Below, piece after piece: positions 51,076 through 64,000 of a stretch of 64,000 nucleotides of DNA (the stretch's first letter is position 1; every line of letters begins with the position of its first letter). The position numbers and the translations under genes were made by a program. Source of the DNA: Eledone cirrhosa (lineage: Eukaryota). The stretch is taken from assembly GCA_964016885.1 (NCBI GenBank), contig OZ024740.1, positions 355,012,001 through 355,076,000 of the forward strand, in the 5' to 3' direction. A model generated the notes under the pieces. It searched no databases. It had not been told where the DNA came from and saw nothing but the letters and a program-made list of their open reading frames with translations.

Positions 51076-51771
51076 AGTCTAAATTAAACATTTTTTTTTG
51101 AAATTTGGGAAATAAAATAAAAAAAAAAGAAAATATTTTTAAACAGCATTATGGTGACTTGATAAGTTTGGAATATTTTCCCAGTGTTCTTCAATAATTT
51201 TTATCCAATTTTGCCTGCTGTCATTAATATTTGAACTATGCTAGGCTGCCACAAATGCATTCTATTGTCAGGAGTTCATGATCGTCTTAATATTCTTCCA
51301 TTATCTGGGAAATCAACTTGTCAGTTTCTTCCAAATACACAGTTCTAACATAAAAAGTTTTGTTATTTTTATTCGATTTTTTCCCTTCAAGTGCCTGTGT
51401 ATTTGGCTGAAACAATGGGATTACACTCAAATAAATTTGATACAGGACACATCTTATCTTTGGTGATTTTACAGTTGCTGTCATATGCTTAAACAAGTCC
51501 ATTTGGTAGACAACAAATGTATTCTTTGTAATGTTTTCTGGATCATACTAGATAAATAGGGATTGGGGGCTTGTATTTTGGAAATATGGGAAACTACTTA
51601 TGGAAATTGATACCATACTAAACTCAGTTGAATCTAACAGGCTGATGTTAATATTATAATAGTAACAAAAGGAAAAATTCTTTTGATCTCACACTGCACT
51701 TACATGCCCAGAATTTTTATATTTTTGTCTACATCTGATTTACACAGTTGACTTCAAGCTAAGAATTGATG

Positions 51772-53330
51772 GCATCATCATCATTTTTACATCCATTTTT
51801 CCATGCTTGCATGAGTTGGACAAGTCCTTTTCAGCACAGCATCTCTCCACTTGTTGCGTTCCTTCGTCATCTGCTCAGTGATTCTTAGCAATTTGAGATC
51901 AGCTCTCATCACCTCTGATGAAGTCATCATTGGTCTACCTCTACTGCAGCTTCCTTCCACTGGGATTTCCTGACACTTCTTCAGCCAGTGATCATCATTC
52001 ATGCACATCATATGTTCATACCAATGCATTCTTCTCTCCTGCACACTATTTGGGATTCCTCTTAAACCCAGTTTCTCCCTCAGTTCATCCAAGCTCTGCC
52101 ATTCTCTCACATTTACATTGCACATCTAATGAAGCATGGTTGCTTCATTTCCTCCAGCCTACACATGCTCTCAACAGTCACTACCATGCAGCATTGCAAT
52201 TCAGTCCTTTTGTATGTAGGGGGAAACCTTTTGTTGTCAACAGTGGGAGTAGTTCTCTAAACTTCCATCCTGTCCTTATTCTAGCTATTATGCTCTCAGA
52301 GCATCCTCTTCTACTGCTAATTAAGCCACTTTACTTTTGGCTAAGTCTACTCTCGGCCCTTTGTATTCCAAATTCTGTTTCCATAATCAGAACTAGTTAA
52401 TTCTCTAGTTCTTTTATAGATTTAGCTATAAAGATCAGATCATCTTCATAGAGAAGTTCCCCATGGGCAGTTAGTCTTAAACTCCTGTCATAGCGTGGAG
52501 AACTATGATGAACAACAGTGGGCTGAGAACTGAACCCTGATGAACTACTTGTACCTTGAATTCCTAACTAAATTCACTTCTCTTGAATTTAATGGCTCTA
52601 TCCAATGTTCCACTCCCAGGTGACCCGGTCTTGCTTTGCTCCAGCCACAGGTCTCATCAATAGTTCACAAAAGTTGCTCCATAAGAATTTCCAATTGTTC
52701 TTTATTTTATGCGTACTTAACTCATCTCTCCTCTCATCAAACACATCTTGTAGGGCCTTTTAAACCTATATTTAACAGAAAGGTCTTTTAGCTTCCAAAC
52801 CTTCTGTTTGTATTTTCTTGTGTTTATTCTAATAACTAACTTGTGTTGGGAGGAACATTCTTCCTCGGAAGGCTTTATCATTTATTACTGTCCGTCTATC
52901 TCATCCTACAAGAAATCAATCTGGCTTGTGTTCACCTGATTGGTATGTGATCAAGTGGTAGCCAGTTTGCTGAAATTTGTGAATCCATCATGGTACTGTT
53001 CATTGAAATCGCCTGCGAAGATGAGGTTCCTGCTTGTGATGCATAGGTAGATGTAATTGTCACCATTTTATTTCCTACAGCTATTCTAAGATTTCTCAGC
53101 TAGTAGAATATTTATACCACCTACCCAAAAACGTTTGTATCTATGTTGTTTGGTTGAAAGTAGTCTCACTGAGACATCCCTTATGTACACAGCATACATC
53201 CTGTTCTCTCCTCTCTAACAGCTCTATAATTTCATCTAATTTACTTTTCAGGGTGTCACCATTGAGAGTGGCAGTCCTGAGATGTGTAACTTGGCAGTGG
53301 TTAATTCCCTGAGCAATTCTTTGTACCTGG
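51772..53330 (-). mobile_element. Heavily decayed, internally deleted RTE LINE between the two genes
   Basis: APE N-terminus remnant (LRTATLNGDTLK...ELLERR..DVCC), RT remnants and RTE C-terminus (ERRMHWYEHM, RGRP) with (CAT)n tail. Confidence 0.85.
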
Positions 53331-55788
53331 AAACGATAAAGGCTGTGCAATTGCTTGATGACAGTCGAACATAGCTACTCTAGCCACCCCACTACTGAGC
53401 GTAGCATTAACATGACTAGTGTTAGTCCTTTATACACAATTAGTGTGAATTTTTTTCTGTTGTTTTCCAAATTTTGGCATGGTTTTTTTCTGGTTGGATG
53501 CCATTTTACAGCATGAACTGGGTGCATTATTTGTGCCACCAGCACTAGAGTGTCCTTTCCACCTTATATTCAGTGTCTACTCTCTTCGATGGCTTACGGA
53601 ATCCACGTCTGCCATGTGTAGTCATTTCTAATGGGAATCACTACCCTCCTAGATGAGTTGCCTTCACTACAACTTATGGTGTTGTCTGCAATTGGAGTCA
53701 CTGTTCTTCTAGATGGGTTTGCCGTCTATGTCTGCCCTGTATCAGTGACTGCTCATCTAGAAGGGTTGCCTACATGTCAGCTTACAGAGCACACATCTAC
53801 CCCATGCAGTTGTATTGACAAGCACTTCCACATTACAGAGTAGGCTGCAAACATTTTTATCATGACACCAGCACTGGCAATTTAGAGTGGGCTAAGTGCA
53901 TTGTATCATGGTACCAGAGTGTACTGGTTGCATGGTATAGTACTCAAGTGATGTGTCTTCAATATTTGTTGAAGCCATTAATTAGCTTTGACTTCTGGAA
54001 AAGACAAATGTCATCATATTTCCAGCTTTCTTAAAATATAAGACCTGCATTATTTAGAACCATTTTATTATTTTTTTTTTATATTAACATGGCTCTGGTG
54101 AAATTAACTCAGGAGGTAAACATTTAACCCAGGGTTTCTCAACCTTTTTTCAGTCAACCCCCCCCCCCCCCCATTAAATTTCAAATAAGATACTGAATTC
54201 ATCTTACATCAAATGGGTACTAAACCTAAAACAAATGTGTGTGTGGTTGGGCCTTTAATCACCAGGTGTCGATTTAAGTTCAATTGCAGAAAGGAATTCA
54301 AAACGACAACACACTCAATCATATACATACATAGCCACTCCCAAAAGCCAGTTTCATCCAAAATTCTGACCACCATTCATCATCTTCCAAGCTAGCATGG
54401 GTTAGACGAGAGTTGTCCCACTTGAAGCAAGCTTGGTCGGGTGACTGTGTCTCGCTCATATAGGACTATCTGGTAGGTCTTCTACGGCTGGATGCCCTTC
54501 CTAACACCAACCGTAGAAAACCTGCCATTCTTTATATATATACACACATTCAGCTTTTCGCTTTTATTCATTTTTTTCTTCTTTTAGTCGTCTGTCACCA
54601 TTCATCTGATTTTTGTTTTGGAGGTTTCACTTTAGTGACACCAGTTACACATGGTGTTGCCAAAGTGGAAAAAGTGTTCTTTAATTTTTTTAAAATTTGA
54701 AAGAAAAAAAAGATAAATGCTCACCTGAGTATATTTACTGCCTTCCAAATGAAATAAAATTCCCAGCGCCCATGTTGGGAAACACTTATTTAACCCTTTT
54801 GTTACTGTATTTCTAATGGCAAACACTATGATTTTCAAATAATTGTGAAAATAATCAAGAATTTGGAAGGATTTAGTAATAAACTAGTTTTCTTCTTAGG
54901 AAGCATAAGTTTTGATACCAACCCATGCAAAACTATCCATTTTAAAGGGTTCCTACTTAAATTAAAACAATTTTATATACAAACATTTTGTTAAGTTACA
55001 AATACCATCTTGATGAAATCATAATTTTAGTAAATTAAATTTATTAATTACCATATTTGATATAAAATGTACCTCAATTTGGGCAGGCATTTTAAAAAGT
55101 CAAGTGAAGGATATAAAGTTTGTACATGGTATTTATTTTTTGTTATATTCTACATCATAATACTAGTTGTAATATTTTAATACATTTTCAAAATAAGGAA
55201 GTGTAAAAATAAATTTACATTATTCTCTAAATTATATTTTTTTAAAATATTTAGTACATTTTTTAAATAGAAGAATGTGAAAAATTTATTTTATTCATCA
55301 TAAAATTTATTAAAATTGTAGCTTTTTATAGAAAAAAGTTGCCATTGTTGGCGTTGAATGGATCACCCATTTGTTTACATTTGGGAAGATGTCTGTGGTT
55401 TAATTTAAGGGCCACTGCAGTGTTAGAACTCCATTAGCCAATAACCTTATAAGACACAGGGTGATTTTCTGGGACATTTAAAAAAAAAAAAAAGTGCATC
55501 TTATAAGCCACCAAATACAGTAATTAAAGTACAAGGTATTTCATTAGAAAAGTGATAATGAAAGGGTTAGGAATAAAACATAAGATGAAGGTTTAAGGGG
55601 TAAATGATGTGACAGGTATTACACTTGATATGCACTACAAATACACACTGGCCACTGAAAGCAATCAATTTTAAGAAAAACAAAATTAATGACACATTAA
55701 TATATTAAGATATGTTTATTTTTTATTTAATGTTCCTTGTCCAGTCACTGTGCACTTTCATTCAAATTCTCGCTCAACTTGAAAACAC

Positions 55789-56018
55789 TTAATCTTTTGT
55801 ATTGTACAAAATAAAGTCATACAGTAACTGAGCTCCTTTGAATTTCAACATTTTCAGAGATTTGGTCATGGTCCTCATAATTGGTAATAATGTAGCAACT
55901 ACCTCAGGGTGATTGATCTCCAGCATTGCTAACAGGATAAAACAACCTCGGTTACAAGCAGCCCATGATTTCAGTACACTTACAGGAACTGTGTTCAGTA
56001 AGACCAGGGAAAAATAAA
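55789..56018 (-). CDS. PUM3: PUM3 (pumilio homolog 3 / Puf-A / KIAA0020) terminal exon (YFSLVLL...LKSWAACNRGCFILL...YNTKD*)
   Basis: TTGCAG acceptor, TAA stop; LKSWAxxNRG motif; AATAAA on the minus strand near 55715-55727. Confidence 0.92.
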
Positions 56019-56089
56019 CTGCAATGAGATATAGATATAATTTTTACAAACATTTCACATAAACAGGGAGAAAAAATAACTAGACAATG

Positions 56090-56435
56090 TAAAAAGGGTG
56101 GGGCAGACTACACCCCTGCTCCAAATGGACAAAGATGCAACACTTGCTGTATCAGCATGATACACTCCTGCTAATTTTGCAGAGGAAAGCGGCAGGTTGA
56201 CATAGGAGGTTTCAACAGCAACAGGCATGAAAAGGAAGTGGGCTGTCAAGTATTTCAATATCTTTTGCTCCTCTGCTCTACAGGTGGTAGTGCCCAGGTT
56301 TGTGACTGAAGTGACATCATTGGAAGTGCAGAATGTGGCATTCCACCAGATTAGTTTTTTTAACTCCAAATCTTGAATGGAAAAGGTTGATTCTGTTTGT
56401 GTGCTTACTGTTACCAGGGTCTGAATTCAGACTTA
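56090..56435 (-). mobile_element. Relic of a restriction-like-endonuclease LINE (CRE-like) C-terminus
   Basis: Translation LIWWNATF...AEEQKILKYL...FLFMPVAVETS resembles the LVWDAT...AE..K..KY..L...F.PVAVET.G pattern. Confidence 0.5.
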
Positions 56436-56611
56436 TGGATCAACACTGAATTTGCTTTTGCCAAGAATGTAGCACAAAATTCATACATTTACAGGGGAGA
56501 GATATAGTCTATAAAACTGAAATGGCTCCAGTTTTTTTATAGAGGGAATGCAAAGAGAATACATCTCAGAGAATGAGCCATAACTAAATATGTTAATATA
56601 TATATATATAA

Positions 56612-56760
56612 ATGGAGGCACATGGCTTAGTGGTTAGAGCATTGGCCTTGCAATCGAAAGGTTGTGAGTTCAATTCCTAGACCGGGGTGATGTGTTGTTT
56701 CCTTGAGCAAGACACTTTATTTCACATTGCTCCAGTTTACTCAGCTGTAGAAATGAGATG
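56612..56760 (+). mobile_element. Second tRNA-derived SINE family
   Basis: TGGCTTAGTGGTTAGAGC A box, GAGTTCAATTCC B box, CCTTGAGCAAGACACT core. Relatives at ~14560-14870(+), ~30200-30452(-), ~62200-62320(+). Confidence 0.75.
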
Positions 56761-57189
56761 ATAGGGACTGGGGTCCATATCATTCCACTGCAAAGTGGTC
56801 GTGGAGGTGCCACGGCAAAAAAGCACCCAGCACTCACTATAAATGAGGTTGGTGTTAGGAAGGGCATCCAGCTGTAGAAATCAAGCCAGAATCAGTTCCC
56901 GTCCCACCCTTGCAAGCAGGGAAAAGCAGACGTAAAATGAAATGATGATGAATGATATATATATATATATATATATATATGTGAAGGTGAACTTAATGTA
57001 GATGTAACTATTGTTTGAATTAGAAACCTTTATTGTTAAAAGTGTGAAGTGTAAACACTTTCAACTATACCTCTGTACATAGGACATCATCCAGATAAAT
57101 TTCAAACCTTATTGTGTACTTATTAGTGGATAATTAACTCTATGATAATACATATATTGGTATATAATCAAAAGAAAAGCCCTACAAAC

Positions 57190-57369
57190 CTGTATCATCA
57201 TTATCATTATCTTTATCTTTTTCATAATTTTCTTTATCAAAAGCAATCAGTTTCTTCAGAGTTATGTGTCCAGCTGGGTGCTCTACTATGTGTAGATCAC
57301 CAAGACTGCTACTGTCCATAGTCTCAGCACAAATTTCAGCAACAGCTTCCATTGATTTTGTCTTGTCGC
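57190..57369 (-). CDS. PUM3: PUM3 exon (GDKTKSMEAVAEICA...LHIVEHPAGHITLKKLIAFDK...)
   Basis: AG/GT boundaries, phase 1-1; LHIxEHPAGH motif of the CPL domain. Confidence 0.94.
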
Positions 57370-58247
57370 CTATTGGAAATCAAAGAATATTTATTTTGGT
57401 GAATTTGCAATTGTCATTTGGTAAACATATTTTAGCAGTGTAAAATTTTGCATACTTAGTAATATACACCTTTTTCATATATGAAAATATACTGAAGTTC
57501 TTAACACAAGCCCTTTTAATATATTAATTTTTCATATGTAATTATACACGCAATCTAATCCATTTTTCAACATTTATGTGACGGCCAAAATTATAGAAAT
57601 GAATTTGAGGTAGTCAACCTCTATTTATTTGTCGACATCAAATGGAAGAAATATCTAAGTAGCTGCAGCATGATTTGAAAACAGAAATTTGAGTCCTTGT
57701 CATTATATATTTTCAACAATACTGTTGACTGGATATCTATAGCTGAAAAATATTGTTAAACTTCTGCAGAACATGAACATAGCTTTAGATATCCTCCAAA
57801 TAAAACATTATAGCTCACACAGTTCCTTTCTCAGCACCCCAGCTAAAGAACATCCAGTCTAGTGCTCTAACACTTGCAATGATTATTTTAAGTCCACTAC
57901 TAGTGAGTCCCCAGTTTACTGGGTTGCAGGTACTTTACAGTAAGACTGTCCTAAATGTAGGACAAAAGAAATGCAATAGCAGAGCCTATTCATAAGAGAA
58001 AGGATTTGAACATATCACAGCAAGCTAAACAAAACAGCATTCCTACTGTTTCCACAAATGAGTTGTACCTATATATGGTACTTATTTATAAATAGATATA
58101 TCTGGTAAAAGTTGAATGATACAAAATAATACAGGAAAACAAGTCATACTAATCTTTCAAACATTGAAAACTAATTTACAGATAATACAACTTTCACAGT
58201 AGATTAGAAAAGACAAAAAAAAAAGCCAGACTTTGAATAATATTTAC

Positions 58248-58393
58248 CTTTAGCATGTGTGATAATGCTGACCAGGAAGAGGAGGCTGTTGTTGTCACTG
58301 ACCAGATCTTTAGTATTTTCTGTCACAAACTTCAACAATGGTTTTGAGATAATATCCAATAATTCAGAATGTCGAATAAGTGAATCTTTTTTG
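58248..58393 (-). CDS. PUM3: PUM3 exon (SKKDSLIRHSELLDIISKPLLKFV...)
   Basis: AG/GT boundaries, phase 2-1; SKKD..R..ELL motif. Confidence 0.94.
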
Positions 58394-59099
58394 CTGAAAA
58401 TTTACAAACAATAAACTTTATTAAATGATTTAACTCTTTTGATATCAACCTGCCAAAAACTGGCTCTAGTTCTATGAAACAAAGCAGCTAACACGTGTTC
58501 CTACACTCCAGAGTGCACTGAGTGCTTGTCTTATACACAACTGATGAGCCCTCATGGCTCTTTGTTTGGCATGTTTTCTATGGCTGGGCTGGATCCCTCT
58601 ATGATTAAAAGTACAAGGATCTCCATCGATTTCAACAATGAGTGTTACAATTGTTTTTTGAATGGAACAGTCTATTTATGAAATTAATGTACAAGTGACT
58701 GAGCATTCTACAGAGAAGCTCATACATTCAAACCATATTTATAGCCTTTATCATATGTAGCGACATGGAGTTACGGCTCTTTACGGGCTGAGTTCAAATC
58801 CCGCTGAGGTTAACTTTGCCTTTTATCTTTACGGGGTCGATAAAATAAAGTATCAGTGATACATTGGATAATTGCTGGCCAAAAGTAGAAACAATTATCA
58901 TATGTTGCTTGATAAAGCACATAGTTTATTGCTTCAGTATTGTTAAAAAAAAAAAAGTTTCACTTTTGTAGTTAAACAGTAAAAAAAGATCCTACCCATT
59001 TTAGCATAACTGCTGTATGGTTGCAAAGTGAAAGAGTGTGTATCAAGTCTTTTAGTTTAATTTGATGAATAGAAAATCTGAAACCTTAAAAAAAATTAC

Positions 59100-59242
59100 C
59101 TGAATTCATTGTCATCTCCTTCTCGCATAATCTTAATAACATCTGGATGGAAATGTAATGGATCACGAGGAGCTAGTAAGTACAATAGAAGCTTTCGTCC
59201 AAATGAATTAGTTGCTATTTCTTTCAAAGATTTCAAAATTTC
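59100..59242 (-). CDS. PUM3: PUM3 exon (EILKSLKEIATNSFGRKLLLYLLAPRDPLHFHPDVIKIMREGDDNEFS)
   Basis: AG/GT boundaries, phase 0-2; GRKxLLYLLxPRDP motif. Confidence 0.95.
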
Positions 59243-59413
59243 CTGAAGAAAACAAAATGAGTCAGGTTAAAATAAAAAACGATTTTTAAAAGAAGTTTAG
59301 AACAAGACCATAAATTTTGGGCGTCATTATAGTCAATTAAATAAACTACAGCTCTATCCAATAATAACTGTTTCTAACAAACATTTTTTAGAAGAACAGT
59401 TGATTATATTTAA

Positions 59414-59608
59414 CCCTTTAGCATTTAAACCGGCCATAATTCTCTCACCTTTTTCTGTCCAAACTGGCCATAACAAGCCACTCATACTTATGTTAAGGTA
59501 TTGTTCTTAAACTAAATAATATCAAAATCTTGTAGATTCGATATTATGTGAGGTAAAGCCTTTAATGCGAAAATATAACATATATAGAGTAATGTAAATG
59601 CTAAAGGG
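59414..59608. mobile_element. MITE with 14-bp TIRs and TTAA flanks (piggyBac-like)
   Basis: TTAA-CCCTTTAGCATTTA...TAAATGCTAAAGGG-TTAA; homologous copies at ~22599-22813 and ~33654-33872 (reverse). Confidence 0.85.
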
Positions 59609-59773
59609 TTAAGAAACTTTTGTTATGTAATCTTTCAAACATCAGCTTATTAATCAAAATGTTAATTATTTCATTAAATTCTTAAAATATTCAAAGTTAA
59701 TCGATACTTATAGGCAGTATATTTCATAAAAAAATATGGTTAACAGCTAAGACACAAATAGCTTAATACTTAC

Positions 59774-59908
59774 CTCCAAGATAACTTTCGATAGTAATTT
59801 TGTATCATCAACAACATCAAAAGCAGACAGCAACACCTGATGAGCATACTCCTCCTGGCACATTTTCAAGATGAAACCTTTGAAACTTTTTACAATCACT
59901 TTTCGATC
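59774..59908 (-). CDS. PUM3: PUM3 exon (DRKVIVKSFKGFILKMCQEEYAHQVLLSAFDVVDDTKLLSKVILE)
   Basis: Within ORF 59747..60028; AG/GT boundaries; DRKVIVK and DDTKL motifs. Confidence 0.96.
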
Positions 59909-60282
59909 CTGAAATGAAAGCAAGAAAAGGAAATAAAACAAACGGCAAAGATAGACAAACTTAGCATAGAATGCACAAAACGTAATAAAATATTTTGTTA
60001 GTTGAGTTCTGCAATTAGAAATGGTCAAAAGATACTATTGAAAACTTTCTATCAAGTAATTTATCCAAGGCAGGTCAGCTTGGTGGAGACCATCCCCCAA
60101 CTAACTCTATCCAACAGAAAAATCAAAGTCAATAGAACAAGGTAACAAGATAGGGTCGCTCTGACCTGTCTAGTCATGGTCCATGACAACTCATATAACT
60201 GATGCCAATGGAGAAAGCAGACAGAAAACGATGATAATGAACCTATATAGAAAATATTTTAGAATATAAATTATATATTTAC

Positions 60283-60381
60283 CTTGGTATTGCCATACCA
60301 TATACATTTCATAGCCACACGTGCACCATCTCGAGAATGCACCATATTTACAATGCCCTCTCGCAGTTCAGTGATCATTTC
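60283..60381 (-). CDS. PUM3: PUM3 exon (EMITELREGIVNMVHSRDGARVAMKCIWYGNTK)
   Basis: AG/GT boundaries, phase 0-0; HxxDGARVAMxCxWxG motif. Confidence 0.96.
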
Positions 60382-61567
60382 CTAGGAAAATATGATAAAC
60401 ATTCACATTTTAAAATCAGATTAACAAGAAACATAAAAACACTGACATCATCAGAATCTTTTTTCATCAGTGGTTTTTATATTTTAAGGGATGTCAATGT
60501 TTCTGGAAAATATTATAATTTTTCGAAGATTTTTAGAAATAGATGTAAATACAATTCTTTGATTCTCAGCCTAAAACTATTTCACTTCAATTAGTCATTA
60601 ACACTTTTAATACCAAAATGCCCCTAGTTTTATGATACAAAGTTGTTAATTCTTAAGGTGTTTATATTTATCTAAACACATTCCATCATAATTCAATGTA
60701 AAAACTTTTGTTAAGTTACGTCCCAAAAATTAGCTTAATAATGAGAAAGTTAATTCTATTACTAAATCCTTCCAAAATCGTGATATTCAAAATTATTGAA
60801 ACACATAAATATTATTCTTTATTAGAAAAAAACAAAAGGGTCAAAACACTGTTCTTAAACTGACTGTTTGTAAATTTGTGACTGGGAAGGCTGCCTGTAT
60901 TGCTACACACTTTTTCACTTTGCAACCATACAGCAGTCTTGCTAAACCGTAAGTCTGTAAATTTGAGACTGGGAAAGCTGCCTATATATCTAAAAGACAC
61001 ATAGTGTTGAGTATCACCATAAACTTCTGCGCCTGGGAAGGCTGCCTACTTATTTTATCATTATGTAAGAACCTTTTCTTAAGATTTGTGACCAACACCA
61101 TCTTAATAATGAAAAAGCAAGTTATTTCACTAAATCTTTCCAAATTTTTGCTTATTTTAAAAATTCATTGTAACACTGTCACACTATGGAAACATATCTG
61201 ACCAAAGCTAACCAACAACAGACCAACAAACATCAATATAACTTCTCCTGTCCTGTTTGGCTGCCGTAGGTTTATTAAGTCTTTCATGATTATATTTCTA
61301 ATGAAATACAATATATTTCAATTAATTAATGAAACATTTTGATGGATTTACTAAAATATCAACTCAACACATGGTTCTAAAATAAAATTGTTGGAAGATT
61401 ATAATTTAAATAGGAACCCTTTAAAATGGATGGTTTTGTTTCACAGAACCAGGGTGGTTCTGGGTGTGTTGGAGACGACAATAAAGATGGTAGAGGCATG
61501 GCCAAAGATTTGATCAAATGTTTCATTTAATGCACCATTACTGAAGTAAAATTGACTTGAGCTAATT

Positions 61568-62042
61568 AATAATTGTTTCTACTTTTTTGTCACAAGGCCA
61601 GCAATTACCCAGTACATTACTGGTACTTTAGTTTATCGACCCCGTAAATGGTCTCTGATTTAGACACAAAGCCAACAATTTTGGGGAAGGGGAAAGTCGA
61701 TTAAACCGACCCCAGTGCGTTACTGATACTTTATTTTATTGACCTCGTAAGGATGAAAGGTAAAGCTAACCCCGACGAGATTTGAACTCAGAACGTAACT
61801 ATGCTGCAAAGCATGGAGTCCGACACTCTACCTATACTGCCAATTCACAACAAATAATTGTTTCTACTTTTGGCACAAGGCCAGCAATTATATCAGTGTA
61901 TTACTGGTACTTTATTTTATCGACCCCGTAAGGATGAAAGGCAAAGTTAACTTTGGCGGGATTTGAACTCAGACTATAAAGGGCCGTAACTCTTTGCTGC
62001 AAAGCATGGCGTCAGGCCCTCTACCAATACTGCCAATCCACA
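61568..62042 (-). mobile_element. Cluster of three SINE copies (same family) in a PUM3 intron
   Basis: Reverse-complement cores near 61620, 61730 and 61905. Further copies at ~62322-62504(-), ~58765-58898(+), ~2486-2670(-), ~48008-48137(+). Confidence 0.8.
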
Positions 62043-62078
62043 CTGAATTCACAACAAATAATAAAGATCAATACTTAC

Positions 62079-62154
62079 AGTTCGCATAGTTTTATCTGCA
62101 TATAAGAAATACTCTGAGAATAAACGGTGAATAATTGAGTGAGATAACAGGCTC
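62079..62154 (-). CDS. PUM3: PUM3 exon (KSLLSHSIIHRLFSEYFLYADKTMRT)
   Basis: AG/GT boundaries, phase 2-0; resembles HSLVHKVFLDFFTYA. Confidence 0.92.
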
Positions 62155-62533
62155 CTGGAAATTTGAAAACATTTCACATATTAGGTGGATATAAAACATT
62201 ACAAGTGTCTTTTAAAAGTCATATATATATTGTGAAGGTACATTGCTAAGTGGTTAGATTACTGGATTCAAGATGTAAGGTTGTATATTCAATCCCCAGA
62301 CAAGGCAGCATGTTATGTTCTTAATTGTTTCTATTTTTTGGCACAAGGCCAGCAATTATCCCAATGTATTACTGGTACTTTTATCGACCCTGTAAGGATG
62401 AAAGGCAAAGTTAACCTCGGCAGGATTTGAACTCTGAACATAAAGGGCCATAACTCTTTGCTGCAAAGCATGGTGTCTGACTCTCTACCGATACTGCCAA
62501 TCCATGGAAATAGTTAATTGAAATATTACTCAC

Positions 62534-62637
62534 TTTTCAATGAGAGGAACTAAAATTTCCTTCATATTTTCCAGAATTGTTTCCTTTTTCTTGGGGTATA
62601 CATTAAACATATCTTCTAAGCAAGTGATCTCATCATT
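62534..62637 (-). CDS. PUM3: PUM3 exon (NDEITCLEDMFNVYPKKKETILENMKEILVPLIEK)
   Basis: AG acceptor and GTGAGT donor, phase 0-2, in frame with both neighbours. Confidence 0.92.
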
Positions 62638-63691
62638 CTAAATCAATAAAGAAGTAATTATGAATTAATTAAGAGTAAAAAATCATCTGAAATCAAATTG
62701 ATATAATCTCTTAACATTGTATAATTAAAATATTTCAAACAGGTTTGTTAATTCGAATGTTTATGATATCTTTACTAGTGGACAGATTGTTGTGAAAATT
62801 TGCAGCATTCAGAGTAAAGTCATATACTCTTAATATCTTGTACCACACTAGCAAGACATCCTTGAAAAGTACAAAACAGCACTATGAATACATCACATTA
62901 AAAATTAAAGCCTTTAGTTTACTGCAAATTTTCACAACAATCTGTCCACCAGTAAAGATAATATTATAAGCATTTCAATTCAGAATCTTATTTTTAGATA
63001 TTTTCTGTTGAATCATTACAGGGTGTTAACAGTTAATGTTTAATGCAGCCATAGTGCTATTTTGTACTTTTCAAGAATGTCTTGCTAATGTCATTTCATG
63101 TGGTACAAGGTATTAAGGGTTTAGCATTTTAGAAGAGATTTATTTATTTTGAAAGTAGTAAGATGGTCATATGGATATATTATCAGCCTAGTACATAGAA
63201 TTTGACTTCAAATCCACTGCAATTGCAATCATTGTTTCTGAGCAGAAGGCATTATCTGAGGTCAGCTAATCCTTAAAAGAGTACCAGATCATTTAGGAAA
63301 ACTAACTATGATAGACTGGCATCCTATTCAAGAGAAAAAGTCGGTAATCAAGTGGAGCAACTGATCAATTAGACTGACCCACACCTTGCTTACATACATT
63401 CCTGTACTCTACTAAGTGCATTTTATCACAATATCAGCACAAGGAAGGCTGTCATATTTTTGACACAACTGGAGTCCTCTTGACCATTTCCTATAGCTGG
63501 ATGCTCTTCCTAACGCCAACCACTTTATAGACAAACAACATTTTTTAAAAATAGGAACAAGAGCAAGATTACACTAAATTACAGAGACTCTACGTAACTG
63601 GTGCTTATTTTATCAACTTTGGAATGCCAAAAGGCAAAGGTATGTAATACTGTGAGGCAATACTTCATCAATTAATAATAACAATAAGTAC

Positions 63692-63796
63692 CTTTAAAAA
63701 CTTGTATGTTGCACCATAGAAATCTTCCAAAAGTGCTTGGCGTTGTGTTGCATTTGCATATTCATTATAGGTGTATTCAATGATATCTGATGCTTC
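63692..63796 (-). CDS. PUM3: PUM3 exon (EASDIIEYTYNEYANATQRQALLEDFYGATYKFLK); the gene continues beyond the window end
   Basis: AG/GT boundaries, phase 0-0; resembles EASAIVEYAYND...QR...EELYG. Confidence 0.94.
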
Positions 63797-64000
63797 CTAA
63801 AAATAAATGAAAATATATTTTTTTTAAATCAACACAATGTCTACTGATGTTTCAGGACAATGTTGAGGTGGAGGGAAGTAACTGAAACATAAATATCTGA
63901 TGACCTACATCTATACAGTAGTTTCAATTCTCATTTGAAACCATTTCACTTCTATTATTAATGTCTTGTGATTGAAATTAGGTAGACAGAAACTATTTGG

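Noticed and set aside
56612-56690. tRNA gene
   Set aside because: A and B boxes are present, but the cloverleaf is degenerate and continues into a SINE body.

Overview
AT-rich, microsatellite- and transposon-dense eukaryotic DNA; the repeat families suggest an octopus or other coleoid cephalopod (inference). Two spliced genes converge. On +, the 3' part of a FAM135-family alpha/beta-hydrolase gene has nine well-supported exons (17059-51075) plus a candidate exon at 8031-8120. On -, the last nine exons of PUM3/Puf-A run 63796-55789. The 12.7-kb FAM135 intron at 34942-47614 holds a nested cluster of young elements inserted into (TA)n runs. (i) An intact RTE-clade LINE (1076 aa; APE + RT with an inserted PHD-type finger) whose 5' end continues into six near-identical 496/498-bp monomers. 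(ii) A perfect 140-bp-arm foldback. (iii) The most striking feature: a 310-bp highly structured unit present as one inverted plus about 4.2 tandem copies, each carrying a type I hammerhead ribozyme motif, i.e. a retrozyme / Penelope-type array. Degenerate hammerhead relics and further (TA)n-embedded foldbacks occur elsewhere. tRNA-derived SINEs, TTAA-flanked MITEs and decayed RTE copies fill the introns. All calls were made by eye; no searches or folding programs were run, and protein similarities are from recall of the human proteins.
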